From a virus, in the IMG/VR virus record IMGVR_UViG_3300005337_000002: a DNA stretch of 64,000 nt; one strand, 5' to 3'. A program made the translations under genes and the position numbers. Positions 55,786 through 64,000 of the stretch are shown here, one piece after another (within the stretch, counting starts at the first letter, position 1; the number at the start of each line of letters is the position of its first letter). A model generated the notes under the pieces. The model had not been told where the DNA came from and ran no database searches. It saw only the letters and a program-made list of their open reading frames with translations.

Positions 55786-57429
55786 CATGACCTTTGACCG
55801 CACGACCGCCGCGAAAGGGCGCAATGGCTGGTTTATCCTTGACCACGGGGATGTCGTGGTCGGGCAGGATGCGAGTTGGCTTGAGTTATGCTCGAAGCGC
55901 GTCGGAAGCGCTGCTCCTATTAGCGTGCGCTTTGCCCATCCGGCAGATATGCACCAGTTGGGCGCAGCGTTGCTCACGGCTGCTGCGCAATGGGGAGCCC
56001 TGCGCAACCCGTCAAGCGCTCCCCAGATGGCGCCGTGCTCGCCTTCTCCCTGTCCGCAATGTGGCGGGAAGGACTTGTGGATCCGCGTCACGCAGCGCGC
56101 CGAGCAGAAAATTACGCTGTATGGCCCTCGTGTCGGGGACTATCGCTACGACGTCAGCCACGAGGATGTGCAGGATACGACCTATCACGCCGCGACCTGT
56201 CGTGCCTGTGCGTATGTCTGGACACTTGAACAGGCATCGCCCTCACAAGGAGATCACTAGATCATGACGCACAAGGAACGCGCCTGGCAGATTCTTGAAG
56301 AGGCCTTGCAGCAGAGTACACAGCCCGACCAGCACCGCCCAGACGATCACGAGGCCCTCTTGGCAACCGTGGTTGAGCAGTACATTGAGGATGAGGGCAT
56401 CAGTCTTTTCGTGACGTACCCAGGACTACATGAGGTGTTAAGTCTCATCTTTGCCGCAGAGATTCAGGAGGAGCGGCAGCGAGAGATGGAAGAAGAAACG
56501 CTAGAGTATATACACACTGAGGAGCATGCCTAATGGCACAGAGCAAGATCACCCTTGACCAAATTACTGAGGCGATTAAGTCCGGTGAATATCTGGGCTT
56601 TTGTCTCGCCTGCGGGGCGATGCAGGATGGTGTCGAGCCGGATGCCCGCCGCTATGTCTGTGATGCCTGTAACGAGCCGCGCGTCTACGGTGCGGAAGAA
56701 TGTTTACTCATGGTGATGGGCTAGGAGGAACGATGTCGCAACCAGACAAGCTCGAACTGACGAGTGAGCCGACATTAACGCTGGAGCAGGATGCCTTACT
56801 GCGGAAACTCTATCGTCGTGGCGGGATCGTCGTATCCGCTGACGATCACCATATTCTGCATGCCCTCGTGCGGGCGGGGTGGGTTGGTAAACGCTCGCCC
56901 GCACGTATGGGACAGCAGGTCACGCACTTCGTCACGCTGAAGGGCGCGCGCTACTGTGCCCAAGGCAGCATAACGATGCGTGCACCACTTCTGGAAATCG
57001 TAGACGCCGCGCATGCGGCCCATCATGATCCGACGCGGCCGTGCGAGCGGGACTGTCCGCTCTGTCAGGTCGAACGGGCTGAGCAGCATGAGGAGTATAG
57101 CTAAGATGCAGTGTGCACACTGTGGAGGACAGACATTTGAGGTCGGTGGTCCGATCACGATTTGGCGGGACCAGACCATTCGATTTACGGATGCTCTCGG
57201 CAATTATACCGTTGAGCATGATGAGCTTGGCGAGACGACGGAGACGCATGATTGGGAGGAGGCGCGCTGTGCAGACTGTGGGCACGCTCTTCCCGTCGGC
57301 ATGCTCTTTGGATCCGCACCGCAGGACAGCTAGGAGCATGACTTCCTAGCTGTCCGCATATCACGAGTGCCGGACGCTTCTCACACGAGGGGCGTCCGGT
57401 GCCTGGCAAAGCACCAAGGAGTATACCCT

Positions 57430-58371
57430 ATGGCGAAAGCCCGCCAACCGATCCTCCGTCCCGGCGAGCATCATCTTCGTGAAATGGAGCGCCTGCTACG
57501 CCGTCTGGGCGAGCGTCATCAACTCTGGACCGCCTTTGAAGATTTCGTGGCGATGAGTGCGTTCAGCATCAGCAATGCCATTGATCCGCGCGCCTATACC
57601 GAGCGTGAAGCTGCTTATATGCAGATCGTCAAGCGCTATAGTACGGACGAGGTTCAGCAGTTTCCCATGATCTTCAGTCAACTCGTTCTGGCACTAGAGG
57701 CCGAGCCGCAGGATTATCTCGGACGTCTCTTTCACGCGCTGGAGTTACATAACAAGTGGCGGGGGCAATACTTCTCGCCGTGGAGTCTCTGTGTCTGTAT
57801 GGCGCAGATGACCGTGCATGATGCGAAGGAGCTTCTCGCGACCCAGCCGTTTCTCACGGCCTGTGAACCGTGCGCCGGCAGTGGCGCGATGGTCCTTGCA
57901 CTCGCAGAAGCCTTGCGCGACCACGAGATCAATTACCAACAGTATCTCCATGTTACCGCGATTGACATTGATCTTCGCTGCGTGCACATGGCGTACGTGC
58001 AAATGAGCCTGCTCCATATTCCAGGGATCGTCTTGCACGGGGATTCACTGCTGGGAGAGACCTGGAGTACGTGGGCAACCCCCGCGCATATCCTGGGCTT
58101 CTGGGCCGAGAAACTTGCTCATCAGCAACAGATTCCTGCACCAGAGACGTCAGCCGCTCTTCTGCCTGCCCCACTTGATACAACGGGTGAGGTTATCGAG
58201 TCGGTTGACGATATTCCGCTCCCAGTCATGACGACAACTGTTGCCTCAGTCACAGACGAGTTGCTCACCATGATCGCTATGGCGCGCCAGCCTATCCCTT
58301 TCCCTGCTGTCCCAGCGAAGCCATCACCCCCGCCTTCCGTCACAGTTGGAACCCAGCTCACACTGTGGTAG
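57430..58371 (+). CDS. N6 DNA methyltransferase-like protein of leading-region type
   Basis: DYLG.LF..GQYFSP, EPCAGSGAM, AIDID..CVHMAY.Q.SL. Confidence 0.8.
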   Translation: MAKARQPILRPGEHHLREMERLLRRLGERHQLWTAFEDFVAMSAFSISNAIDPRAYTEREAAYMQIVKRYSTDEVQQFPMIFSQLVLALEAEPQDYLGRLFHALELHNKWRGQYFSPWSLCVCMAQMTVHDAKELLATQPFLTACEPCAGSGAMVLALAEALRDHEINYQQYLHVTAIDIDLRCVHMAYVQMSLLHIPGIVLHGDSLLGETWSTWATPAHILGFWAEKLAHQQQIPAPETSAALLPAPLDTTGEVIESVDDIPLPVMTTTVASVTDELLTMIAMARQPIPFPAVPAKPSPPPSVTVGTQLTLW

Positions 58372-58464
58372 AGAATGAGAGGAGCCTAGGGCAAGGTGAA
58401 CGAGTATAACAGCCCAAAACAGAGCTAAGGGGGCGAAGGCTCTCTTGGCTCGAAAGGACTATCT

Positions 58465-59145
58465 ATGCACATCATTCGCCTCAAAAGTGGGGAAGAGGCG
58501 CTTGTAGATGATGAAGATTATCCACGATTGGCCCAATATACATGGTATGCGTCCCCGAGTGGGAAGATCCTCTATGCAAAACGCTATAGAGGGCATACCT
58601 CTATTTTTATGCATCGTGATATTCTGGGACTGGAGGGACCACGGATTGATCATTGGAATCACAATGGTCTGGACAATCAACGTGCCAACCTCCGGCGTTG
58701 TACTCCTGGACAAAATCTACAAAATCAACGCCCGAGTCGTCAGGGGACCTCACAATACAAGGGTGTGACTTGGCATACGCTCCGTCAGAAGTGGCGTGCA
58801 ACCATTCGGATTGACGGTCGTCAAACCCATTTAGGCCTCTATGAAAGTGAAGAAGATGCTGCCCACGTCTATGACGAAGCGGCATGCGAACATTTTGGAG
58901 ACTTTGCCTGTCTCAATTTCCCTGAGAACCGTGTAAATGTTCGCAGTACCCTTCAGCAATATGCAACCTACAAAGGCGTTGAGCACCCACGTCCTGGGCG
59001 CTGGCGCGCGCGTATCCGCGTCAAAGATAAGTTGCTCCATCTTGGAACTTTTGACAGTCCAGAAGATGCGGCACAGGCCTATGATGCTGCAGCCCGCTTT
59101 TATTATGGGGTACGCGCCCGCTGCAATTTTGATCTAGAAAAATAA
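58465..59145 (+). CDS. HNH-AP2 homing endonuclease (two AP2 domains)
   Basis: MHR.I..IDH.NHNGLDN.R.NLR; SQYKGV..WRATI..HLG..AA..YD, repeated twice. Confidence 0.88.
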   Translation: MHIIRLKSGEEALVDDEDYPRLAQYTWYASPSGKILYAKRYRGHTSIFMHRDILGLEGPRIDHWNHNGLDNQRANLRRCTPGQNLQNQRPSRQGTSQYKGVTWHTLRQKWRATIRIDGRQTHLGLYESEEDAAHVYDEAACEHFGDFACLNFPENRVNVRSTLQQYATYKGVEHPRPGRWRARIRVKDKLLHLGTFDSPEDAAQAYDAAARFYYGVRARCNFDLEK

Positions 59146-59165
59146 TTCGCACTCGGCTTTCAACC

Positions 59166-59357
59166 CTAGGAGGTGCTTCGTAGCGTTGCGCATATGACCC
59201 CATTGACCCATATTTCGAGCGTGCGCGGCTTATCCTGTGGCCGAATACAAATCTTTACATCCGTCTGCTGGCGGATATTGTTATGGTCATACCACTGCAC
59301 ATGGATCAGGTCTTCCTCGCCTTGGCCACCCGTATGCAGCGTCCATTCACTCGCCAT
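59166..59357 (-). CDS. Small hypothetical protein
   Basis: Short ORF convergent with the HNH-AP2 gene. Confidence 0.4.
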   Translation of the reverse strand: MASEWTLHTGGQGEEDLIHVQWYDHNNIRQQTDVKICIRPQDKPRTLEIWVNGVICATLRSTS

Positions 59358-59374
59358 CGCGCGTCTTTCGTCGG

Positions 59375-59428
59375 TCCCAGGGCACAGAGCGGGACTCCCT
59401 CCCCTCTGTGCCCTGGGTCTTTTTTTTT
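59375..59428 (+). terminator. Strong intrinsic terminator ending the plus-strand early region
   Basis: CCCAGGGCACAGAG/CTCTGTGCCCTGGG followed by a T-run. Confidence 0.75.
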
Positions 59429-59446
59429 GGCCTGCGTTTTCCCCGT

Positions 59447-59893
59447 TTACCGCAGCACGGGCTCTCCCGCCTCGACGCCCATCGAGGACGCCATGGGGTG
59501 ATCCACATGCAAGATCACCGTCTCGGAAATCGTCTCGACCCCCTCTCCCAGGTCCGCGTCTGCTTCCATCAGCACGACACTATCCAGAAAATCATCCCCA
59601 GGCACAAGATAGGCCGTCACGTCGTCAATCGGCTCAATCGTGCAGGTGCCCTCCAGCACCGTAAACGTCACCGGGCCATCGAGCGTGGCCGGGCGTCCGG
59701 AGGGCGTCACGGGATGCTTGGCACCGACGGGCAATTTATATTCGGAGGTAATGCGAAATTCCATGGACATAGCGGACTCCTTGGCACGCAGCACCGGCAT
59801 GCCCACCACCAGTGGTAAGGCGGGGCGTGGGCGCGGATGTACGTGCAGATGCTCAATATAGACACGCTCAATATGGAGACAGGACGGATCCAT
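59447..59893 (-). CDS. Ig-like hypothetical phage protein
   Basis: Beta-rich acidic domain, G.PA.LDG, ADADLGEGV. Confidence 0.5.
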   Translation of the reverse strand: MDPSCLHIERVYIEHLHVHPRPRPALPLVVGMPVLRAKESAMSMEFRITSEYKLPVGAKHPVTPSGRPATLDGPVTFTVLEGTCTIEPIDDVTAYLVPGDDFLDSVVLMEADADLGEGVETISETVILHVDHPMASSMGVEAGEPVLR

Positions 59894-60037
59894 GCGTGTG
59901 TTCCTTTTGTCAGCGTTCACGTCTATGGTAGGCTGTTCCGTCGAGTGCCACAAGCACCGCCCAAAAAAAGTGGGTGCTCACACTTGTTACCATCACCATA
60001 ATCATGTATGATCATGCGCCAAGGAGGATGCGGCTGG

Positions 60038-60307
60038 ATGGAACCTGACCATGTCGGGAAACAGATTGCCCGGTTACGTACTGCGCAGGGCTGGAGTCAG
60101 CGCGAACTCGCCCGTCGCGCCCAGATTCCGTCCCAAACGCTCTCCTACGTGGAGCGGGGGATGCGGGCCGGCGCGCGCCTCACGGTGCGGACCTTGCACC
60201 GTCTTGCGGTGGCCTTCAATGTCTCGGTGGATGCCTTGCTCAACCGGGAAGATGCTGGCGTGTGGTGGCCCCCCAGCGGTCTGTGCGCGTACTTCACGTC
60301 TCACTGA
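60038..60307 (+). CDS. XRE-family HTH regulator
   Basis: VGKQIARLR..WSQRELA..YVERG..LAVAFNVSVDALL. Confidence 0.85.
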   Translation: MEPDHVGKQIARLRTAQGWSQRELARRAQIPSQTLSYVERGMRAGARLTVRTLHRLAVAFNVSVDALLNREDAGVWWPPSGLCAYFTSH

Positions 60308-60375
60308 AGGGCCGTCGCGTATGGCGGCGCAACGGCGGCACTCTACCACACTTTGCGTACTGAGGAAAGGGGGAA

Positions 60376-60774
60376 ATGGTGGCGGATGCGAAAACCCGGC
60401 GGCGGGAACGGTTAGAGCGCCAGCGCCAGGCCCTGGCGGAGCAGGAAGCGCGGGCGCTCGAAGCGGAACGTAGGAAGCGTGACGAGCGCACCAAGGCCAA
60501 GCGTGACCTTGCCGCCGAGTCCCGTGAGATTGATCGCCTCGACCGCGACGAACGCCGGTTGACACTGGGGATTCTCGCGGATGACGCGGGCCTCTATGGG
60601 ATTGACGAGACGCTGCTGCGCCGGGCGTTTCGCGTGCTCGGGATTCTCGATAAATGTCCGGGCGGGCTGGGGCCGGTGCTGGAAGACCTGGAAGCCCAGG
60701 CGCAGCTCGATGATACGTTTGCGCTCGATGAAGCCTCTGTCCATGGGCGACAGGGTTCGATAACCTCTGTATAA
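60376..60774 (+). CDS. Coiled-coil protein, possible mobilisation accessory (TraD/MobS-like)
   Basis: RDERRLTLGILADDAGL; first gene of tra cluster. Confidence 0.45.
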   Translation: MVADAKTRRRERLERQRQALAEQEARALEAERRKRDERTKAKRDLAAESREIDRLDRDERRLTLGILADDAGLYGIDETLLRRAFRVLGILDKCPGGLGPVLEDLEAQAQLDDTFALDEASVHGRQGSITSV

Positions 60775-60787
60775 AAGGAATGACGGA

Positions 60788-61393
60788 ATGGGACTGCTTA
60801 TCGCGATTGGCTTCTTTTTCTTGTGCGGGTGGTTACTGAGCGGCTTTCCGCTTCTTACCGTGCGCTCCCCCAAATCCCAGAACCTTCAGCGCAAGGATTT
60901 CGGCATGCTTCTCGTGCTGGGCGCCCTCGTAGGCACGAGTCTGCTGCCGGTGTCCGTGCTGCATGCTTCCACGATGAAGGGCACGCCGATTGACATTGAT
61001 GGGATTGATGATGCCGCGGCCACGGTAGACAAGCAAACCAAGAGTGGCGCAGGCTATATCTTTGCAGTCGCCGGCTGCTTCGGGGGTCTGGGCGCTCTCA
61101 TGATGGGTTATCCGATGAGTGGCGCCACGACTGCCGCGGGCAGCGTGGGAACGGTCTTTGTCTCCCGCATTATCAATTCCGCGCAGAGTACGGCGCCTGC
61201 CGCAACACCAGACCTCCTCCAGACGCTCTCGCCTGATGCCTGGTGGGCACCATTCACCGTGCCGCTGTATCTTCCCCTGCTCCTGCTCCAACTCATGCGC
61301 CAGCCGACCTTCTGGGTCTGTCTCGCCCTGGCACTGCTCCTCGTGCGTACCCTGCATCGGCGCGGGTACAGTTTGTTCGGGCAGGTGGCGTGA
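60788..61393 (+). CDS. Conjugative pilin-like membrane protein
   Basis: Several hydrophobic helices; immediately upstream of traL. Confidence 0.5.
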   Translation: MGLLIAIGFFFLCGWLLSGFPLLTVRSPKSQNLQRKDFGMLLVLGALVGTSLLPVSVLHASTMKGTPIDIDGIDDAAATVDKQTKSGAGYIFAVAGCFGGLGALMMGYPMSGATTAAGSVGTVFVSRIINSAQSTAPAATPDLLQTLSPDAWWAPFTVPLYLPLLLLQLMRQPTFWVCLALALLLVRTLHRRGYSLFGQVA

Positions 61394-61680
61394 TGTGGGT
61401 GCCCTGTCCGACTGTCCTGGATGATCCGGTGATGCTCTATGAGGTCGAGTTTGATGATCTCTGCGTGTTGCTGGCTCTCTGCTTTGTCCTGAGCCTGGTC
61501 ATCGATATTCTGGTTGCGCTGGGGCTGCTCATCGTGAGCGGCCTTGGCCTGCGCTTTGCTAAACGCGGCAAGCCCGCCGGAGCACTCCTGCACGCGCTGC
61601 ATGATCTTGCGCTGATTCCCTTACCCGGCATCATGTCACCGCGTGGACAGACCTACTCTCCGTGGGGAGACGCGGCATGA
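61393..61680 (+). CDS. traL: F-type conjugation protein TraL
   Basis: P..LDDP..E.DD, two TM helices, KRGKP.G.LLH. Confidence 0.75.
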   Translation: MWVPCPTVLDDPVMLYEVEFDDLCVLLALCFVLSLVIDILVALGLLIVSGLGLRFAKRGKPAGALLHALHDLALIPLPGIMSPRGQTYSPWGDAA

Positions 61681-62288
61681 TGGGCACAACGCCTGACCGC
61701 GAGTTGGCCTATATCACGCATCTAGAGGGACAGGTCACGCGCTTGCAGTGGACGGTGGTGCTCCTGTCGCTCCCCTTGACGATCCTGGCAGGCATGGTCG
61801 GCTGGGCGTGGGTGCGTGGCCTGCCTGCGTATTTCATCCCCCCGGGCGGACCAGGGATTGTGCGCCCGGGCGTCATCCTCGACTCGGTCGCCCTCGACTT
61901 TGCCAGTGAGGCACTCGCCCATCGCTACACCTTTACCCCCGCGACGTTTGCCCAGGTACAGACTGATTTTCAGGCGCTCCTGCATCCGAGTATGTTGCCG
62001 GACTTTGAGGCACGCCGCGCCAAGGAAGTGGTACTGGTGAAGGAGTACCATCTGGGGATGCAAACGACGGTAGCGGCTAACACCGCTCGCATTGCTAGCC
62101 GGAATGGCGAGCGTATCACGGTGGCCCTGGAAGGTCGACGCATGGTCTGGATTGGCAGTAGCGTCGTGCGGGAAGAGGTCCTCACGGCTTCGCTGATACT
62201 GGCGCCCTGGCGTGTGCATGGGCAGCCGTCCGGTCTCGTGCTTGTGGGGATGAGCGTCGCTCCCCCCTTCAGCGTGTCTGGCCCCTAG
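61677..62288 (+). CDS. traE: F-type conjugation protein TraE
   Basis: N-terminal TM, IPP, TFTPAT, V.LEG.R.VWIG; synteny. Confidence 0.75.
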   Translation: MMGTTPDRELAYITHLEGQVTRLQWTVVLLSLPLTILAGMVGWAWVRGLPAYFIPPGGPGIVRPGVILDSVALDFASEALAHRYTFTPATFAQVQTDFQALLHPSMLPDFEARRAKEVVLVKEYHLGMQTTVAANTARIASRNGERITVALEGRRMVWIGSSVVREEVLTASLILAPWRVHGQPSGLVLVGMSVAPPFSVSGP

Positions 62289-62334
62289 CGGGGCTTGTGT
62301 ACTTCTGCTCTCCTCATCTGTAGGAGGTGTACCC

Positions 62335-63057
62335 TTGCGCTGTCCTCTTCTTCTCATGCTCGTCCTCTGTCTGCTTCCTCCTGTTGCCCTCGCCGCTCGT
62401 ACCGTGACGGTTACGGATGGCCCGATTGTCATCAAGCTGGAACTCCGCCAAACCACCGCCATCGTCTTCCCCGAAGCGATCCACTTTGTCTCCTTTGGGT
62501 TGACCGAACAGCAATTGTCCCCGGACTACAAAGGGGCTTACCTGTTTCTGATCCCGCTCACCGAGGATGCCATCGGTCGCGTCTTTGTTCTGGGGGAAGA
62601 GAGCGGTACGCTCTACCATCTGCGCCTCACGCAAGGCACGCCCGGGGATGACCTGGTGCGCGTGACGACCAAGACCGCGCAGCCGCCCCCGGTGCCGCTC
62701 TCCCTCGCATCGCTGCTGCGTCTCTGGCGCACGGGGCAGTCCATCCCTACACAAGCACCAGCGGAGATTCCACTGCCGAATTTTACAGATGCGCGGCTCG
62801 CCCTGGGTGAGCATCAGGCGGTGCAGGTCCAGCAGACTATCGGACTGTCGCTGGTGGTACGGAACCTGACGCCCCATCCCCTGGCGCTCGATCTCCGGGT
62901 CGGCCTGGACCAGTCAAGTCCAGGGGAGGATCGTGTCCTGCTCAGTACCTGGACCTGGCCGCCCCGCTTGACTATCAAGGCGCTGAGCGCGGACCCTGAG
63001 ATTGTGCCGCCCGAAGGGCAGACACGGCTGACCATTCTCTTCCAAGCGAGGCCGTGA
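62335..63057 (+). CDS. traK: F-type conjugation protein TraK
   Basis: Signal peptide; position between traE and traB. Confidence 0.65.
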   Translation: MRCPLLLMLVLCLLPPVALAARTVTVTDGPIVIKLELRQTTAIVFPEAIHFVSFGLTEQQLSPDYKGAYLFLIPLTEDAIGRVFVLGEESGTLYHLRLTQGTPGDDLVRVTTKTAQPPPVPLSLASLLRLWRTGQSIPTQAPAEIPLPNFTDARLALGEHQAVQVQQTIGLSLVVRNLTPHPLALDLRVGLDQSSPGEDRVLLSTWTWPPRLTIKALSADPEIVPPEGQTRLTILFQARP

Positions 63058-63060
63058 CCT

Positions 63061-64000
63061 ATGGCCCTCCATCCGGCCCTTGCGAAACTGCGGATCTTTG
63101 CCCAGCGGCATCCGGTGCTGGCCCTGTTGAGTCTCGGCGGCCTGGGTGCGGCCCTCTATTATGGGTCCGATCTGGTGGCCGGAACCCCGGCGCCTGTGCC
63201 CCGCACGAAACCGGCGCAGGCCCAGACCGTGCCAGGCCTCGGCGCCGAGCGCAGCAATCTGGAAAAGCAACTCCTGACGCTGCAGCAACAGCTGGCCACG
63301 ACGCAGCAGGAACGCAAGGAGGAGCAGCAGGTGTTACGCCAACTCCAGCAACAACTCACGCAGGGCCAGCGGGACGAGGAGCAGAAGCGCCAAGCCTTTA
63401 CGAAGCAGATGGAGGGCGTGGTGACGACCGCCCAGCAACAGATTGCGCAGGCGATCCAGGCCGCGACCCGCCAGGCGGACCAGCAGCGGAAGTCCGTGAC
63501 GCCCACTGGGGGCAGCACCGCCCGCACTCCTGCCCGTCCCGCACCCACCCTGCCTGTGCAAGCTGGGGCGCCGCCGACCCCGAAAGCGGTCATTTTGCAG
63601 CATGCACCCGGACAGGCGAGCGAGCCACGACCCCCACTTCCCCTGTCTCCAGAGACGCCCCAGCTTGCCGCCGGCTGCTTTGCGCGCATGCGGGTGATTA
63701 CCGGCGTGATGGCGACCCCGGTGGGCGGACAGGATTGGTGGCAACGCGGCTTACCTGTGCTCATGAGTGTCACCGATGCCTTTGCCTGTCCCCATCAACT
63801 CCAAGGCCCAGGGCGGGCGCCGCTGCCCACCAGTGTGCCGCTGCAAGGCTGCTTTGCCTTTGGCCGCACGAAGGCGGATCTGAGTGCCAGTCGGGCCATT
63901 ATCGCGCTGGATACCCTGAGTTGCGTCTTTCCCAGCGGCGCCTCGTTTGAGCAGCCGATTAAGGGGTATGTCACGGATGCGGACGGCACGCTGGGGTTGG
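63061..64000 (+). CDS. traB: F-type conjugation protein TraB (VirB10-like), partial
   Basis: TM, coiled coil, then ITGV.A, GCF.FG..ADLSASRA, LSCV, IKGYV.D.DG.LG; runs off window. Confidence 0.8.
   Translation, partial: MALHPALAKLRIFAQRHPVLALLSLGGLGAALYYGSDLVAGTPAPVPRTKPAQAQTVPGLGAERSNLEKQLLTLQQQLATTQQERKEEQQVLRQLQQQLTQGQRDEEQKRQAFTKQMEGVVTTAQQQIAQAIQAATRQADQQRKSVTPTGGSTARTPARPAPTLPVQAGAPPTPKAVILQHAPGQASEPRPPLPLSPETPQLAAGCFARMRVITGVMATPVGGQDWWQRGLPVLMSVTDAFACPHQLQGPGRAPLPTSVPLQGCFAFGRTKADLSASRAIIALDTLSCVFPSGASFEQPIKGYVTDADGTLGL

Larger units (their letters stand above)
50702..57333 (+). other. Array of about 20 small early genes, many with CxxC zinc ribbons
   Basis: Tandem short ORFs with RBS, e.g. 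50702, 50978, 51541, 51885, 52220, 52704, 53314, 54233, 55116, 56264, 56533, 57106. Confidence 0.7.
1..59953. mobile_element. Siphovirus-like prophage or phage-derived element; left end beyond window, right boundary undefined
   Basis: Terminase, portal, protease, capsid, neck and tail genes on minus strand, plus replication and early modules; no integrase or att site seen. Confidence 0.85.

Noticed and set aside
1-64000. Integrase, att sites, reverse transcriptase/DGR, RtcB, lysis genes
   Set aside because: None recognisable in this window; they may lie outside it

Overview
GC-rich mobile-element DNA with no host housekeeping genes. Bases 1-~48,300 are mostly a minus-strand siphovirus-type (pro)phage: tape-measure start, frameshifting tail chaperones, two tail-tube paralogs, a ~14 kb block of accessory fibre-like genes, neck genes, HK97-fold capsid, protease, portal, a replication module with an iteron-like origin, terminase and a ParB/methyltransferase/glycosyltransferase DNA-modification cluster. 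Bases ~49,500-59,400 are a plus-strand early (leading-type) operon of small genes, including an ArdC-like protein and a DNA methyltransferase. Bases ~60,400-64,000 are the start of an F-type conjugation operon (pilin-like, traL, traE, traK, traB), with no integrase or junction visible between it and the phage. Two RNA-level systems stand out. (1) A TROVE/Ro60-like vWA gene is preceded by a promoter and two tandem homologous ncRNAs that share a covarying terminal stem and internal loop; one carries a tRNA-like domain. (2) The early operon is punctuated by self-cleaving ribozymes: a canonical type III hammerhead, a permuted twister and a degenerate twister. All protein calls come from motif recognition and synteny by eye. 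No database search or folding software was run.
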